Assembly (NCBI GenBank): GCA_950097015.1
Contig: CATNEN010000001.1
Location: forward strand, 27,342,001 to 27,406,000
Length of the DNA stretch: 64,000 nt
From: Macrostomum hystrix
Lineage: Eukaryota; Animalia; Platyhelminthes
Direction: 5' to 3'
In this document: piece after piece, positions 61,533 to 64,000 of the stretch
Layout of the letters: each line of letters starts with the position of its first letter
How positions within the stretch are numbered: position 1 is the first letter of the stretch
Translations under genes and position numbers: made by a program
Notes under the pieces: model-generated
What the model saw: only the letters and a program-made list of their open reading frames with translations
What the model was told of the DNA's origin: nothing
Database searches by the model: none

Positions 61533-62902
61533 ATGCGATTGGAAGGCCTGATTGTGGATCTATTAGTTTGCGCCCTGCTTTCAACCCACCTGGCTTGTGA
61601 GAGCAGCGCCGCAGTTACCTGCCCACCTGGATGGCTGATCACAGGTGACCAGCTGTGCCTGGGAGTTCCCGAGACTTCCAGTCGAGGTGTCAGCGCTGCA
61701 TCGGCTTCCGTGGCGTGCAAAAACGCCGCTCTGCGCCATTCAGATTTAGCCGACCCGGCCGACCCGAGCATTGCGAGTCTGCTCGCACGGCTCACGAGAG
61801 GCCGCTCATTCTGGGTCAATGGCTGCCGACAGGTCGCTGGGGTACAAACCATGTGAGACCTATAATGTATAATATTTGAAGGCTATATTGTTGCTCAAGC
61901 AGGACTTTAAAAGAACGAAAAAGCCTTGAAGTAAGCCTTTCATCCTACTGTCACGCGAGAACGTTCTGAGAGCGCAATGACGTCAAAAAATAGAACTAAA
62001 TACCTTGAAGACTCTGACTTGAAGAAGCTAAGGATCTGAGAGCGCAATGACATAAAAAATAGAACTAAATACATTGAAGACTCTGACCTGAAGAAGCTAA
62101 GGATCTGAGAGATTTGCATATGGAGGTTTTTCCGATAGGTTTTAAACCGTTGAGGAGTCGTTCCATTTTGGTACGTGAGTGAAAGCCGTTAACGCGCTTC
62201 TTTCTCGCGCTCTGAGCTCGATTCCGCAGCGAGGCCACAATCATTTGGGCCGCAGCCGCGGAGAGAAGGCTTGAGGACTTGTCGTGCAATTTACGTCCTT
62301 GAAGGCCAACCTCCTAGGCATAGGGAAAATGTACACTACCTGACGATGAGAAAGTCAGGGAAGATGTACACACTCGTGTGAGTGCCTGTACACGGTATCT
62401 GTGTGCTTGTGTGCTCAGAAGTCAGTGAGTTGAACGGGCAGAATTGCTTCCTCGCTGGTTGCGCATCCAGTGTCACCAAGTGATGTACCATTGCCCTCAG
62501 TCCTCTTATCACTATTATAATATTATTAATTGCTCAATGTCCCTCAGCGGCCTGCGCCTTTGCTGCCTGCTGAAACCATCTGGTTTAGTGGTGCGCGCCA
62601 ACTGTTCGGAGCTGCACCCGCCGCTGTGCACAAGCCAGCTGGTGCTGAACCGGCGGAGGCGCGCGTTGACTGCCGACTTCAGGTACAACAACTACAGCTA
62701 CACAACCAAGACACCGGCTACGAGCAGCTACTTGGAGGCAATCATCAGTGGCGTTTTAAGTATTCTAGTTGTGACTGGTATAATCATCGCAATGATATCA
62801 TGCTGCTGCTGTTGCCGGCCAAAGTTTTGCAATTCAAAGGTCGGCGGCGACCAGACGATAAACGTGAACTGCGGCGGGAAAAACTTTTGCAATAGAGGTT
62901 AA
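61533..62902 (+). CDS. CTLD-like/furin-site/TM/poly-Cys protein, paralog E (exons 61533-61852, 62548-62902)
   Basis: MRLEGLIVDLLVCALL signal, CPPGW, FWVNGC; phase-2 donor AT|GTGAGA, acceptor CCCTCAG; LCCLL..ANCSELHPPLC..NRRRR..TM..SCCCCC. Confidence 0.85.
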
Positions 62903-63902
62903 ACTTGCCGACTTTGATCTGCTTGGACCAGATTTTTATGGATTAAACACATTCAAACTCGGTTCTGTAACGCTTGTCGTCGATTGATAGAAGCGACATT
63001 GGCGTTATTCATGTGTTCTTCGCTACGTAAAATGTATTCATTAGTTTTTTATTTTTTGTTATTTAATTTTCGTCTCGGAAAGTATTGTCGTACTGCAAAT
63101 ACTTAAAAAAATACCACGTTTAATATACGGTAGGCCCTCTTTTCCTATTGTCCATATGAAAGTTGTGTGCGCGAGTACCTTATCATCAGTTTATGAATTT
63201 ACGCCCTGCTTTACTGTGTCATGGAAGAAATGTATCACTAAATCGATTTAACACTTTTGTTGAGAAGCGGCTGCAGCATCATATAGCTCGTACAACTTAA
63301 AACGCTTATGCCCTTCACGCCCACATGGCAATTACCGATGTCTACAACGAATTCGAACTTTCAATTTATTTACCGACTTTGACAGACGCTTTGACGTCTT
63401 TGAAAGCTAATTGTTTTGAAACAATAGCTCTTTACAATAAGGTGCTCTTGCCTGAGTTCTCATCGTTTACTAAAATTCCAAATACCAAAGGGAAATCGTG
63501 TCTGTTTCTCCTTCACAAAGTTTCAGCGAACAGAAGCATGTGCGTAAATACCAACGACCATATGATTCCCTGTAGTTATTGCACATGGTCATGTCAACTA
63601 CTTACATGTAACCATGGACCTAAAATGCATCCTTAGCTTTTCGTCCCCTCCTTTCTCCATGGTGGTCTACATGCCAGGCGACCTCGGGGCGTCCATCTTT
63701 ACAACGCTGGAACGTCCAGTCAAAGCGGTGCTCGCTGGCTTGCTGAGCGCCGTCCTTTAAAGTCGGCTACAACCACCCTGTTACAATTGATTGACTCTGC
63801 TGTTGCCCAAGCGGCGACACGCTGCAACATGACCTCCGGGACAGAATTGTAGTTCTCATATGGAATATGTCAGTAGAGCCGCCAAACGCGTTTGCCTCCC
63901 GC

Positions 63903-64000
63903 ACCGGAGCTCGATTCGAAGGTGCCGGAGCTCGATTCGAAGGTGCCGGAGCTCGATTCGAAGGTGCCGGAGCTCGATTCAAAGGTGCCGGAGCTCGATT
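63903..64000. repeat. 21-bp tandem repeat (ccggagctcgattcgaaggtg) running off the window end
   Basis: Directly visible. Confidence 0.93.

Noticed and set aside
61965-62110. ~68-bp direct duplication in the intron of paralog E
   Set aside because: Ordinary local tandem duplication with no further structure.

Overview
Repeat-rich metazoan genomic DNA with spliceosomal introns, tRNA/CORE-type SINEs and LTR/DNA transposon relics; the style resembles a free-living flatworm such as Macrostomum, which is an impression only. Main contents: (1) the 3' end of a WSC+PAN-like gene; (2) three diverged Crypton-type tyrosine recombinase (YR) elements within 14 kb, surrounded by a recurring CCATAGAC/GTCTATGG motif and strong palindromes; (3) a ~6-7 kb inverted segmental duplication (5649-11691 vs 17587-25017) whose spacer holds the best-preserved YR and a truncated BEL/Pao element; (4) three intronless copies of a secreted EGFR-type ectodomain-only gene (signal-L1-furin-like-L2-partial domain IV, no TM or kinase) whose differences concentrate on the L-domain beta-strands; (5) a satellite family built on a 21-bp unit that occurs as 21-, 42- and 62-bp arrays; (6) a tandem cluster of five two-exon genes encoding signal peptide + atypical C-type-lectin-like domain + furin site + S/T stalk + TM + poly-Cys tail. 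The best candidates for an undescribed system are the diversifying soluble L-domain receptor family, the cleavable CTLD membrane-protein cluster, and the CCATAGAC-associated YR cluster. All alignments and motif calls were made by eye.
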